Part shown: one piece after another, positions 36,028 to 45,114 of the stretch | Numbering within the stretch: position 1 is the stretch's first letter | How the letters are laid out: every line of letters starts with the position of its first letter | Origin: a virus | Lineage: Duplodnaviria > Caudoviricetes | Direction: 5' to 3' (one strand) | DNA: 49,646 bases | IMG/VR virus record: IMGVR_UViG_3300005286_000490 | Span: 1 to 49,646 of that record | The notes under the pieces: generated by a model | The model's input: the letters and a program-made list of their open reading frames with translations, nothing else | Database searches by the model: none | Told to the model about the DNA's origin: nothing | Position numbers and translations under genes: made by a program

Positions 36028-36858
36028 ATGAGCCAGCTCGTCTATTTCGGGAGCGCCGGAGCGTCCGGCGCCAATCAGAACCTTGACGTCGAAGAGGAAT
36101 GGCTCGGGTTCGCGGCAGATGGCGCTACGACGTTGGTTCAGTCTGGCGGGACCAACAACACGAAGGGGTCGTGGACCGCCATAGGAACCTCCACCGAAGA
36201 CTGGGCGGGCTTCGTGCTGTATCTCGGCCCCGGATCGGCGAGCTCAGCGAGATACCTGGTCGACATTCGTGTCGGCGGCGTGACCGTCGTCCCCGACCTC
36301 TACATCGAGCCCAACCAGGGTTTCGCGCCAATCCCTGTGTTCTTGCCGCTGGCAATCACTGCCGGGTTGTTCGAGGCTCGCATCCAGGCTGAGAACTCCA
36401 ACCGCACCCTGCGCATCGGCATCGTCGGCTTTGTCCGCAGCGCCCAGTCGGCGCCGATGTACTCGACCATGACGGCGCTGAATGTCGACGTGGCGAACAC
36501 CAGGGCGTCGGCCTCCGACATCGCGCTGCAAGGTTCGGGCGGAACCACCTACGGGACGCTGTCGGCTTCACTGGCGGCGTCCTATGGCGCATTCCTGTTC
36601 TCGCCCGGCGGATCGGGAGCGGTGCCGGCCACTTCGCAGCAGCTCGACCTTCATTTTGCGACCGGCGCTGCCGCCGCTGAGGCCGACTTCGCGCGTCATA
36701 GCACCTGGATCACCAACACGGCGGCTAGCTTCCTCAACCGCGCCATGAGGCTCGTCGAGCGGACGATAGCCTCAGGCGCGCGGCTCTCGGTCAAGCCGGT
36801 CGTAGCAACGCCCGGGACCGATACGATGCGGCTTGCGGCCTACGGGTTCAGTCCATGA
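36028..36858 (+). CDS. Hypothetical virion-associated protein
   Basis: 276 aa, beta-rich, in tail operon. Confidence 0.65.
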   Translation: MSQLVYFGSAGASGANQNLDVEEEWLGFAADGATTLVQSGGTNNTKGSWTAIGTSTEDWAGFVLYLGPGSASSARYLVDIRVGGVTVVPDLYIEPNQGFAPIPVFLPLAITAGLFEARIQAENSNRTLRIGIVGFVRSAQSAPMYSTMTALNVDVANTRASASDIALQGSGGTTYGTLSASLAASYGAFLFSPGGSGAVPATSQQLDLHFATGAAAAEADFARHSTWITNTAASFLNRAMRLVERTIASGARLSVKPVVATPGTDTMRLAAYGFSP

Positions 36859-39284
36859 ATCGCGCCCAGCTCCTGCGTCTCACACGGGGCGGCGAGCCTC
36901 CGAAAAAGCCGGTCGTCGTCGAGGCGCCTCTTTTCCTTGGCGCTGCGACCGTCGGCCAAACACTGACGGCGACAAACGGCGTCTGGGCGAACGACGTCAC
37001 GGGATACGACTACCAGCACCAGTCATCGGTTGATGGCCAGGATTGGGTCGATATCGCCGGTGCGACGGCGCAGGCGCTGCTGGTCGGCTCGGAGTTGGAG
37101 GGGCTTTATCTCCGCGCCGGTGTGCGGGCCGAGAACGCCGTCGGCGCGGCTGATGACTTCGCGCACAGTTCACCGGTGGGCCCGGTTGCAGCTGCGCTCA
37201 CGAAGCTGGTTCCCAGCGCTGCGTGGACAGGCGCGGCCGGAAGCGGTTTCGCCGATGGCGTTCCCGAAGATCCCGTTCGGGTCAACGGAGGAGCCGGGAA
37301 GCCTTGGCTCCGCGATCTGATGCCATGGGACGACACGTTCGGCGAAGACTTCACGATTGGCGTCGTGGCGGGGACCGACGATACGACCAACCAAGGGATC
37401 GAAAAGGTCATCGCCTACTGCGAAGGCAATGCGGTCGAGATCACCGCTCCCTCATATCACACCTACCAAGACGCAAACGGGGTAAGCCGGACAGTGTTTG
37501 GCTACTTCGCGACGTTCGATCACGCCGCGATCATGGCTCTCAACCCCTCGGGCGATATGGAGATCTACTGGCGCGCGGTGCCCGTCAATGGAAGCTTCCA
37601 GGAACGCGTCATCGGCCCCCGCCGGTACTATGCGCGCCTTCCTGGCGTAGCCTCAGGGACGATCAACACGCACGTCTATGACATCGAACTCTCCATTGCG
37701 CCAAGCCAACCTCAAATCGCCCAACAGCGGTATCAGACGATCGTTGCGGCGCTGAACTACATCAACACCGCACCAGTGAAGCGCCGCCCCCTGCTTACGA
37801 TCGTGGAGAATGGGGCTTACGCCCTTGGCGGCGTGACGGTCGATTATCTGCAATCGTCCACCTGGGCCACGATCCAAGCGGCCCCTGGCGTCACCGCGAT
37901 AATCGGCGACGGGGCCTCGACCGGCTATATGCCGAAGTATGACGGACTACGCTTCCGCGGGGCCGGCATCGTCATCGACACGGCGGCGTGCAACTACCAG
38001 CTCTCCAGTGCGATCCGCTGTCAGACCGGATCGAATTTCAAACTCTGGTTCGATGGCTGCGAGATCAAGACGGGATCACCCAACCCAGCCTTCGGGGGTT
38101 CTGGGAGCGGCACGAGCGCGCTCTTCAAGGGTCGCACCCAAACCGGCTATTGGCTGACTACCCAGAATAACTCTGAGGGCAACTGGTTCTTCACCGAGGT
38201 CGATGCTCATGACCTGGCCGGATATGGGCTGGGCTTTTGCAAGCTCGTTCGCAACTGTAGCGTGGAGCGCGTTGGTGGCTCAGGACACGAGAACGTCTAC
38301 CTGATCCACGGAGGCCGCGTCAGCACCGTCAGCGGCATCCTCTCTGGCCTCAGAACGAACCAAGATGCGTTCACTCTGAGCTATTCGGGACCGGCATCGC
38401 TTGTTGAGTATGAGAAGCCCGATCCAAGCGGCGCGCAAAGCGCCTTCAAGGTCTACGAAGACGGCGTTGAAACGCACTCGGTAGACATAGGAACCGATAC
38501 GCTCAACCCGACAAGCGTCCAAGCTGTGGTTGATGCGATCAATACGTGGAGTGGATTCACCGCGACAATTGCGAGTCCGGCGCCCACAAGGGCGGCAAAA
38601 TACCTCAACGTTCCCGGCAACCCGCCATCTGCAGGCATTCCCAGAACCCCCCTGAGTGGGACCGCGAACTTCATCACTATTGTAGACGTGCACAGCGACG
38701 CGATTGTCTACAACGGCAAGGGCCGAGTGCATGAGAACGCATGCGCCGAGTTCATTAGCGTCGAGAACACGGTGGGCTCCGCATTTCTGTCTTTGGATGG
38801 AGGTGGGGGCAATTACACGACTTGGCGCGACTTCGGGGCGCGCCTGATCACGTCGCAAGATACGACCGCCGACTATCCGCCGAACAGCTCACAACCCGGC
38901 TATCAGTCTGGCATCTGGGATCATGTGGTGTGGCAGTACATCAGCATGGCCGGAAGCGGGGAGTTCTTCTCCGGCGGCTTCCAGGCGGTGTCCGGCGCGT
39001 ACAACAAGATCGATCACTGCGCGCTTGGCTCACTGTCGTGGACCGCCGCAGCCGATCCTGACGTGCAGATGACGCACCTGAGCGTGACCTCGGGCTCCTT
39101 GCCACCCCCAGCCAATTCAGACCCGCAGTCGAAGGCGCAAGGCGGTGTGGCCGATACTACCCTCTACACGGACTTGGCCAACCTCAACTTCACGCCACTG
39201 GCGCCGCTGCAGGCCCCTGATGGCTCCTGGTACGGCGCTCTACTCCCTACAGGAGAGCGCCAAGGCGTCGGCGCTGCGTCCTGA
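36855..39284 (+). CDS. Receptor-binding / tailspike-like protein (Ig-like N-terminus, probable beta-helix)
   Basis: ATVGQTLTATNGVW...DIAGAT; YQTIVAAL; 809 aa. Confidence 0.65.
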   Translation: MNRAQLLRLTRGGEPPKKPVVVEAPLFLGAATVGQTLTATNGVWANDVTGYDYQHQSSVDGQDWVDIAGATAQALLVGSELEGLYLRAGVRAENAVGAADDFAHSSPVGPVAAALTKLVPSAAWTGAAGSGFADGVPEDPVRVNGGAGKPWLRDLMPWDDTFGEDFTIGVVAGTDDTTNQGIEKVIAYCEGNAVEITAPSYHTYQDANGVSRTVFGYFATFDHAAIMALNPSGDMEIYWRAVPVNGSFQERVIGPRRYYARLPGVASGTINTHVYDIELSIAPSQPQIAQQRYQTIVAALNYINTAPVKRRPLLTIVENGAYALGGVTVDYLQSSTWATIQAAPGVTAIIGDGASTGYMPKYDGLRFRGAGIVIDTAACNYQLSSAIRCQTGSNFKLWFDGCEIKTGSPNPAFGGSGSGTSALFKGRTQTGYWLTTQNNSEGNWFFTEVDAHDLAGYGLGFCKLVRNCSVERVGGSGHENVYLIHGGRVSTVSGILSGLRTNQDAFTLSYSGPASLVEYEKPDPSGAQSAFKVYEDGVETHSVDIGTDTLNPTSVQAVVDAINTWSGFTATIASPAPTRAAKYLNVPGNPPSAGIPRTPLSGTANFITIVDVHSDAIVYNGKGRVHENACAEFISVENTVGSAFLSLDGGGGNYTTWRDFGARLITSQDTTADYPPNSSQPGYQSGIWDHVVWQYISMAGSGEFFSGGFQAVSGAYNKIDHCALGSLSWTAAADPDVQMTHLSVTSGSLPPPANSDPQSKAQGGVADTTLYTDLANLNFTPLAPLQAPDGSWYGALLPTGERQGVGAAS

Positions 39285-39831
39285 TGGCACTACCCGCGAG
39301 GGCGAAGCCAGAGATCAGCAACGCCCATGTCTGGGGCTCCGGCACAGATGCGGATCTTGTGTCAAAGGTTACGTTATCGACCATGGCGCCTTCGCCTTTG
39401 AGGAGGAGCATGCAGCGAAAGCGGCAGTCCGAGATCAGGTCGGTGATGTTGCTTAGCGTCGTCCATCCAGGGCCGACTTCGGTGGGGTTCTGGTAATGCA
39501 GACCGCCCACGACAACCACCTTTCCGGGACCGTCGAAATAAACGTCCAGGGACAAGAGTTCCGGGGCGTAGATCATGTTCCCGAGTGAGTATTGGCCATA
39601 GCGACCACCCCCGTAGAGACTGATATATGTCTCGCCTGGGTAATGAGGTCTGCCGGTAGCGTGACCTTCTGGCGTGATTATGTTTGCGCCCAGATTGTAG
39701 CCTTCGCCGCCATAGCTCGCCGAGCTACCGGGGGCCCGGTCATCAAAGTCGATGGTGACGATTGCGGCGCTAGCCGAGTTGGCCCACGCCAGTGTGGCGG
39801 CGGCAAGCGCCGCGCCAAAGATCCTGAGCAT
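39247..39831 (-). CDS. PEP-CTERM (PEPxxWA-type) exosortase-sorted surface protein
   Basis: Signal peptide MLRIFGAALAAATLAWANSASA; C-terminal VPEPQTWALLISGFALAGSAIRTQRRR. Confidence 0.9.
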   Translation of the reverse strand: MLRIFGAALAAATLAWANSASAAIVTIDFDDRAPGSSASYGGEGYNLGANIITPEGHATGRPHYPGETYISLYGGGRYGQYSLGNMIYAPELLSLDVYFDGPGKVVVVGGLHYQNPTEVGPGWTTLSNITDLISDCRFRCMLLLKGEGAMVDNVTFDTRSASVPEPQTWALLISGFALAGSAIRTQRRRLGALL

Positions 39832-39932
39832 GTTAACTCTCCCCAGAGTGGCGTTAACCAACGCCTGGGTTTGGGCGGAGTCAACATGTCGCACCCCCCG
39901 AACTCCGGAGATTCACCGGATAGGCGAGGCGG

Positions 39933-40070
39933 TCAGAAGTGGCGGTTGATGTAGGCTGCGGCGTCCGTGGTGACGGCGAAGATCACGCCGGCAGCGAAAG
40001 CCGCGGCAAAGGCCAGCGCCAATCCTAGGACGCGAGCTGCGACCGACGGCGGGCTTCGATATCTCACCAT
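39933..40070 (-). CDS. Small single-TM protein
   Basis: MVRYRSPPSVAARVLGLALAFAAAFAAGVIFAV...; overlaps the stop of the upstream ORF. Confidence 0.5.
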   Translation of the reverse strand: MVRYRSPPSVAARVLGLALAFAAAFAAGVIFAVTTDAAAYINRHF

Positions 40071-40297
40071 CCGCCGCGATCTCGCTTGGTGGTTCGGCTT
40101 TCGACTTCTCCGGTGATCCAAGGCAGCGCCTGCACGCCGGCGATCGCGTACAGCGCGCCGGCGGCCATGAAGAGGTAAGGGCTCAGCGCGGCAGGAACTG
40201 CAAAGGCCGCCGCGGTCGCGGCGAGCGCACCGAACACACTGAGTGCTACAGCAACGCGCCGTCGCCTGAGCGCGCGCTCCGAATAGCGTTCCGACAT
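40064..40297 (-). CDS. Small two-TM membrane protein
   Basis: RBS AAAGGAG; two hydrophobic segments. Confidence 0.65.
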   Translation of the reverse strand: MSERYSERALRRRRVAVALSVFGALAATAAAFAVPAALSPYLFMAAGALYAIAGVQALPWITGEVESRTTKRDRGGW

Positions 40298-40444
40298 CCA
40301 CGTCTCCTTTCGGAGGTTGGATGCCGAGGTTCATCGCCGCCGTAAGCTGGAATCGACGGCCGAAAATCCACCCATCCCCGACCTCGAAAGGACCGCCCGC
40401 CATGAACGACGGCCTGCGAACTGCTGCGCGCGGGGTGACCTGAC

Positions 40445-40864
40445 GTGTCGGTTGATCAGAGTGACGCCGGCTATCGCGAGATCATCGCCCGCCTGCAGGG
40501 AATGGACGATCGCATCACCGAAACGCGCGCCGACGCACGCGAGGCCCGCGATGCAGTGGTTCGCCTGACGGAGCGGGTAGGAGCCCAGGACACGCCGACG
40601 AAGCTCGCCGAACTGCGCGGGGACATGGAGAAGGGCTTTCAGGCCGCTCGCTCTGACCTGGTCAATGCCGCGAACAAGATCACGAGCGAGGTTCGGGGCG
40701 AGCTCGAAAAGCACGACGCCCGGATCAAGTCGCTGGAGGACTTCCGTCAGCGGATCGAAGGGGCGAGCGGCCTCATTGGTTGGCTCGGCAAGAACGCGCC
40801 CTGGCTCCTGTCGGTTTTCTTCGCCGGCGTGGCCGTCCTCGGCTTCAAGGACAAGCTCCCATGA
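40445..40864 (+). CDS. Coiled-coil protein with C-terminal TM (holin/antiholin-like)
   Basis: First gene of lysis cassette; WLLSVFFAGVAVLG. Confidence 0.6.
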   Translation: MSVDQSDAGYREIIARLQGMDDRITETRADAREARDAVVRLTERVGAQDTPTKLAELRGDMEKGFQAARSDLVNAANKITSEVRGELEKHDARIKSLEDFRQRIEGASGLIGWLGKNAPWLLSVFFAGVAVLGFKDKLP

Positions 40865-41259
40865 ACCTGATCGCGAATACCTGGCGCGCACTCCTTGCGG
40901 CCGCGCCCGTGAAGATCTGGGCGCAGATCGGCGCCGGCATTGCCCTGACCTTCGTTTTCGTGGGCTTCGGCCTGGTGATCTGGCTGGGCCCGTGGGCGCC
41001 TGAGCGGCAACAACAGCAGCTTGAGCTCTTAGGCTGGGGGCTGATGGCTGCGGCGTGCCTGATCCTCGTGGCCCTGGTCGCAATCACCGGCCTCTCAGTG
41101 AACATTCGCGGCGGTCGAGAGGGCATCCAAGCCTCGATCGACCAGGACGAGGCTCAGCCGCTGAAGGTCGAGACCAAGGTCGAGACGACGGTCACGCCAG
41201 CCGCGCCGACGCCGGCGGACGATGGCGAGCTTCCTCTTGAAGAGCGGGTGCAGCGATGA
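40861..41259 (+). CDS. Putative holin
   Basis: Two TM segments, charged tail, coupled to endolysin. Confidence 0.6.
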   Translation: MNLIANTWRALLAAAPVKIWAQIGAGIALTFVFVGFGLVIWLGPWAPERQQQQLELLGWGLMAAACLILVALVAITGLSVNIRGGREGIQASIDQDEAQPLKVETKVETTVTPAAPTPADDGELPLEERVQR

Positions 41260-42083
41260 GCCGAGAACTTCTCCTCGCCGAAGTGGCGAAGATAAGGGCC
41301 TCCGCGGATGCGCTGGAGGCCCTTGCTGTATCTGGGGTGGACATTGGGCTGGAGCCGACGCCAGAGCCGCCCACGGCCTCGCCTGCGCCCCCTGCGGATC
41401 TCGTCGGCCTTCAGAAGCCGACCGCCTTCTACAATCACCTTCGCGCATCCAGGCTTCTCGGCGACACGATCTCCAACGAGGAGCTCGCCGGGTGCGAGGC
41501 GATCCTGGCGGCTGGGGCCGGAAAGCTCCCGATGTCCTGGGCCGCGTACTGCCTGGCGACCGCTTTTCACGAGACCGGCGGCGAGATGGCGCCGAACGTC
41601 GAGAACCTGAACTACACGACGGCCGAGCGCATTCGTGCCGTTTGGCCGAACCGCTTCCCTACCATCGCGAGCGCCGAGCCCTTCGTTCGGAACGCCAAGG
41701 CCCTGGCGAACCACGTCTACAACGGCCGCATGGGCAACCGGCCCGGCACGAACGACGGCTGGGATCATCGGGGCAGGGGGCAAGTCCACATCACAGGCCG
41801 CGAGATGTATGCGAAGCTCGATGCAGAGCTCGGCCTCGGCGGCGAGTTGTCCAAGAACCCTGATCTTGCCCTACGCCCCGACATCTCGGCGCGGATCCTC
41901 GTCATCGGCATGCTCAAGGGTCTCTTCACCGGCAAGAAGCTGAACGACTTCATCGCCGCCAAGCCGACGCGGCAGCAGTTCGTGAACGCTCGGCGGATCG
42001 TGAATCCGGACGGCAGCGGCGGAAAGGTCGCGGACGCGGCCGAGGTGTTCTACGCCGCGCTCCAGGCGGGCGACTGGCGGTGA
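41256..42083 (+). CDS. Endolysin, glycoside hydrolase family 19
   Basis: LATAFHETG, ENLNY, YNGRMGN, RGRGQVHITGR, ARRIVN. Confidence 0.92.
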   Translation: MSRELLLAEVAKIRASADALEALAVSGVDIGLEPTPEPPTASPAPPADLVGLQKPTAFYNHLRASRLLGDTISNEELAGCEAILAAGAGKLPMSWAAYCLATAFHETGGEMAPNVENLNYTTAERIRAVWPNRFPTIASAEPFVRNAKALANHVYNGRMGNRPGTNDGWDHRGRGQVHITGREMYAKLDAELGLGGELSKNPDLALRPDISARILVIGMLKGLFTGKKLNDFIAAKPTRQQFVNARRIVNPDGSGGKVADAAEVFYAALQAGDWR

Positions 42084-42172
42084 TCCGCCGGCTGCGCCTC
42101 GCCGGCGTCGTGCTCGCCACCGCATTCCTCGCCTGCCTCTTCATCCTCTTCGCGAAGGAGACGTCGCCATGA
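42080..42172 (+). CDS. 30-aa hydrophobic peptide in lysis cassette
   Basis: GTGA/ATGA-coupled at both ends: MIRRLRLAGVVLATAFLACLFILFAKETSP. Confidence 0.55.
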   Translation: MIRRLRLAGVVLATAFLACLFILFAKETSP

Positions 42173-42525
42173 TCCAGTGGATGGCTGCACGCGCCGCGGC
42201 GCGCACATGGTGGCCGGCCCTCGTCGGCGCCGCCGTGATCGCCGGGCCCGCCTTCATGCTGGGCCAATGCTCAGGCGTCGAGATCCAGAAGAACCGCCAG
42301 GCGAGGGCCGAAGTCTCCGCCATCACCCGAGACAGCGCCGCCAAGATCAAAGCCGCCGGCGAGCGCGCACGCGACGAGGCGGCCGTCGACAAGCTCGAAA
42401 AGGACCTACGCGATGCGGCTTCCGGTCTACCCGATGCGGCTCCTAGTGAGCGCCTCCGCCGCTTTGACTGTCAGCGCCTGCGGAACGCTGGGGTCGACGT
42501 CTCAGGCGTTCCCGAGTGCGGATGA
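42169..42525 (+). CDS. Inner-membrane spanin (Rz-like)
   Basis: N-terminal TM plus coiled coil, after endolysin. Confidence 0.75.
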   Translation: MIQWMAARAAARTWWPALVGAAVIAGPAFMLGQCSGVEIQKNRQARAEVSAITRDSAAKIKAAGERARDEAAVDKLEKDLRDAASGLPDAAPSERLRRFDCQRLRNAGVDVSGVPECG

Positions 42526-42718
42526 CCTGAAGGTGCGCCCCAAGCCGGTCCCCACGATCGAAATGCTTGGGAGCGAGCAGGGGCACCTCGACCACGATGC
42601 CGCCATCGAGGCCTGGGGCACGGATGGCTGGTTGCAGGTGGGGCGCATCTGCCGCTGGGCGGTGAACAACGGCGCTCGGCTGACGTTCAAGTGCCCCAAG
42701 CCCCCGCCTGATGGGTGA
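42434..42718 (+). CDS. Outer-membrane spanin lipoprotein (Rz1-like)
   Basis: Lipobox LTVSAC; Pro-rich; overlaps i-spanin in another frame. Confidence 0.72.
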   Translation: MRLLVSASAALTVSACGTLGSTSQAFPSADDLKVRPKPVPTIEMLGSEQGHLDHDAAIEAWGTDGWLQVGRICRWAVNNGARLTFKCPKPPPDG

Positions 42719-42721
42719 CAG

Positions 42722-42805
42722 ATGTTCTGGTTTTACATGAGCGTAGCCGCCCTTGCGGGCGTGCTCGTCGCCATCGTCCTGCACCGGATGACGCGACCGC
42801 GCTAG
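42722..42805 (+). CDS. Possible 27-aa TM peptide
   Basis: MFWFYMSVAALAGVLVAIVLHRMTRPR. Confidence 0.4.
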   Translation: MFWFYMSVAALAGVLVAIVLHRMTRPR

Positions 42806-42863
42806 AGAACGCCGCCGACCGGCCGGCATTCACCTCACATCTGGAAGCTTTCGACTGATGACT

Positions 42864-42897
42864 AGCCCCTCCTGCTTCGGCGGGAGGGGCTCTTTTG
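42864..42897 (+). terminator. Rho-independent terminator ending the late operon
   Basis: AGCCCCTCCTGC-TTCG-GCGGGAGGGGCT followed by CTTTT. Confidence 0.88.
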
Positions 42898-43055
42898 TGT
42901 GCAGCGGCCGCTTGGCGCATGCACGGCGCCCAGCACGACGCGTTGTTGCCAAATCCGAACGCTTGGACGTTGCAATTCCAGTGGTTTTTGGCAGACGAGC
43001 AAGCGTGGCAACCGTCCCTTGCTCGATCCTGTGTTGACGAGGAACCATTGGAGAT

Positions 43056-43454
43056 ATGACTGAGGAAAGGAGTCCCGATCCGATTGACATCGAGGTCGGG
43101 CAACGCGTGCGTGCATTCCGGTTGGCGAAGAAGCTCTCACAGAAGGGCTTGGCCGACGCTTGCGGGATCAGCTTTCAGCAGGTGCAGAAGTACGAGCGTG
43201 GAGCGAACCGAGTCTCCGCCTCGATGATGTGCCGGATCGGCGAGGCCCTGGGGATCGACCCGGCCGACTTGCTCCCGCCGACGGCGCGCAAGCTGACAGC
43301 CGATCCCATCGACCTGACCGCCCTGCAATCCAAGGAGAGCCAGGAAGTCATGCGGATTCTCAGTTCGTTGTCGCCGAAAGCTCGGCGGGCAGCGATCGCG
43401 ATGCTCCGTCTCGTCGTCGCTGGCGATCAGGAGCGGAGCGAACTTGAACGCTGA
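43056..43454 (+). CDS. XRE-family transcription regulator
   Basis: PDPIDIEVGQRVR...GISFQQVQKYERGANRVSAS. Confidence 0.9.
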   Translation: MTEERSPDPIDIEVGQRVRAFRLAKKLSQKGLADACGISFQQVQKYERGANRVSASMMCRIGEALGIDPADLLPPTARKLTADPIDLTALQSKESQEVMRILSSLSPKARRAAIAMLRLVVAGDQERSELER

Positions 43455-43543
43455 GCGGTTGGCACGCGAACTGCAGCCGCCGCCCCGTCATAGCCTTGCT
43501 ATGCGCCTCTCAGGAGCGCGGCCGGCACCGGCACCTTTGTAGG

Positions 43544-43582
43544 GGAGCCCCTCCGCTCAGGCGGAGGGGGCTCCTTCTCTTT
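43544..43582. terminator. Terminator between convergent genes
   Basis: GGAGCCCCTCCGC-TCAG-GCGGAGGGGGCTCC then TTCTCTTT. Confidence 0.75.
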
Positions 43583-43587
43583 GCTAG

Positions 43588-43719
43588 CTACCGGCGGATC
43601 GGGATCGGCCAAGCCTCGTACCCATAGTCGTGGGCATCGAGGATGCGGCCTCCCCGCACTTTGCGGAAGCGGCGGAAGATGACCCCGTTCTTGCGGGGAG
43701 AGGGGGCTTTGTTGCCCAT
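43588..43719 (-). CDS. 43-aa basic protein downstream of the ImmA/IrrE peptidase
   Basis: Manual translation MGNKAPSPRKNGVIFRRFRKVRGGRILDAHDYGYEAWPIPIRR; ends just before the terminator hairpin. Confidence 0.65.
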   Translation of the reverse strand: MGNKAPSPRKNGVIFRRFRKVRGGRILDAHDYGYEAWPIPIRR

Positions 43720-43857
43720 CGCGGTTTCTTTCGGGACGCGGGTTAACCCTTGCGAAACTCGAAAGTGAGCTTATCCTGATGATTGTTCAGACCACAGGAA
43801 GCCACCATCGAGAGCCGCGCCGTCAGGTGCGTCCTCCCCGACGGTTAAGGATTCTGC

Positions 43858-44433
43858 TTACGAGCTAGGGTGGAAAAACCTCCCTGGCTCGTTTGTTATG
43901 TAAGCTCCTGTGCGACGCAGAGTGCGCAAGCGCCGTTCCGCACAAGCCTTTGACACCCCGAACCGATGGGAGATCGAATGGGGAGTGTCCGTCGCCTTTA
44001 TTTTGCGAAAATCCATCAACAGCTCTGCGGCGAACGTATCTGCCTGCCACTCGGGTTGGCAGAAGATGGCGGGTTCTCCCCGGCCACGGCGTTGCATCAA
44101 GTTTTCACTCTGGTGAAGGATCACGTGGCCAAGCTCGTGCGCTAGCGTAAAGGCATCTCGGCCCCTGCCGCGCCGGGCGCCTTCCCACACGTCCTCGCGG
44201 ATCGCGATATAGTCACGGTCAGGGCTGGCGAGGCCTTCGTTCTCGCCCATCTTCGCCATTGTTTTCACGTCGTAGATGAAGCCGGGAAGAATGCGGGGCA
44301 GGGCAAACTCCAACATCTCAGTAGTGTTGATCTGGGCCACCTGTCGGTAGCCCAGGGCATCGCGCACCTGCAGAGCCATGCTCCGGATGGTGTCGATGCT
44401 CCTGGGCACGGCCTGCGAGCAAATCTCACTCAA
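43858..44433 (-). CDS. ImmA/IrrE-family zinc metallopeptidase
   Basis: FTLAHELGH, EWQADTFAAELLM, FGVS. Confidence 0.92.
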   Translation of the reverse strand: MSEICSQAVPRSIDTIRSMALQVRDALGYRQVAQINTTEMLEFALPRILPGFIYDVKTMAKMGENEGLASPDRDYIAIREDVWEGARRGRGRDAFTLAHELGHVILHQSENLMQRRGRGEPAIFCQPEWQADTFAAELLMDFRKIKATDTPHSISHRFGVSKACAERRLRTLRRTGAYITNEPGRFFHPSS

Positions 44434-44794
44434 CGACGTCGTCCTCCAGTAGGTGGCGGATGCTCATTTTTGTTTCCGCGGGTAGATTGTTAAATCGGCG
44501 TGCAAAAAGAGCCGCGACCTCTCGGTCGGCACGCGGCGCGTTCTTCGCCAAGGTAATTTTTACTTCCGGCACCGAGAGTTCTGCTGCTTCGTGAAGCTCG
44601 GCTGCTTCCTTTGCATTGAGGTCGAGAGCGGCGATGACCTTGTCCGGATAGTCCGTGGGAATGCGTTTGACACCCGTTTCCACAGCCGAGGCGAACGCGG
44701 TGCTGACGCCTACAGCGGTGCTCATTTCCGAAAGCGCGATCTCCTTGTGAAGCCTGTGATGCCTAACCAACTTCCCGAAAGGAGTTAGTTTCAT
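44426..44794 (-). CDS. XRE HTH protein
   Basis: MKLTPFGKLVR...VGVSTAFASAVETG; RBS AAGGAG; overlaps peptidase start. Confidence 0.85.
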   Translation of the reverse strand: MKLTPFGKLVRHHRLHKEIALSEMSTAVGVSTAFASAVETGVKRIPTDYPDKVIAALDLNAKEAAELHEAAELSVPEVKITLAKNAPRADREVAALFARRFNNLPAETKMSIRHLLEDDVVE

Positions 44795-45114
44795 GGTGTT
44801 CTCCTTCGTGGCCGATGTGCGGTTCCGCACCCCCGGTAGGGCTAACTATTTAGCCTCCGTGCGGTTCCGATCATCAACCTAGATTGGTTAAATAGTCGGA
44901 CCTGCAGGTGCGGTCAAGCCTTGTCGTGATCTTATTCGCTTGGGTTGGTTTGCTGGCTGGCCGCCCGCTCCCCACGCCGCGCCTTCTCCCGCCAGAACTC
45001 CTTCGACTTCTCTGTGATGTAGTCCCACGGCTGAACGGTGCCGGGGAAGGTGAGCGGCTGGGCCTGAAGCTCGCGGGCTATGCGCTCGATCTCTTCGTCG
45101 GACATGCCGGCGAG

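Larger units (their letters stand above)
1..42897. mobile_element. Temperate siphovirus-like prophage core (immunity to lysis); extends left beyond the window, cargo probably continues to the right end
   Basis: Ordered modules cI/cro, replication, terminase, portal, capsid, tail, tape measure, lysis; no integrase or att seen. Confidence 0.95.

Noticed and set aside
32667-39284. Diversity-generating retroelement or invertible tail-fibre cassette
   Set aside because: No reverse transcriptase, invertase or template/variable repeat pair seen
43740-43862. CtrA boxes near TTAA sites
   Set aside because: No TTAA-N7-TTAA spacing; half sites only
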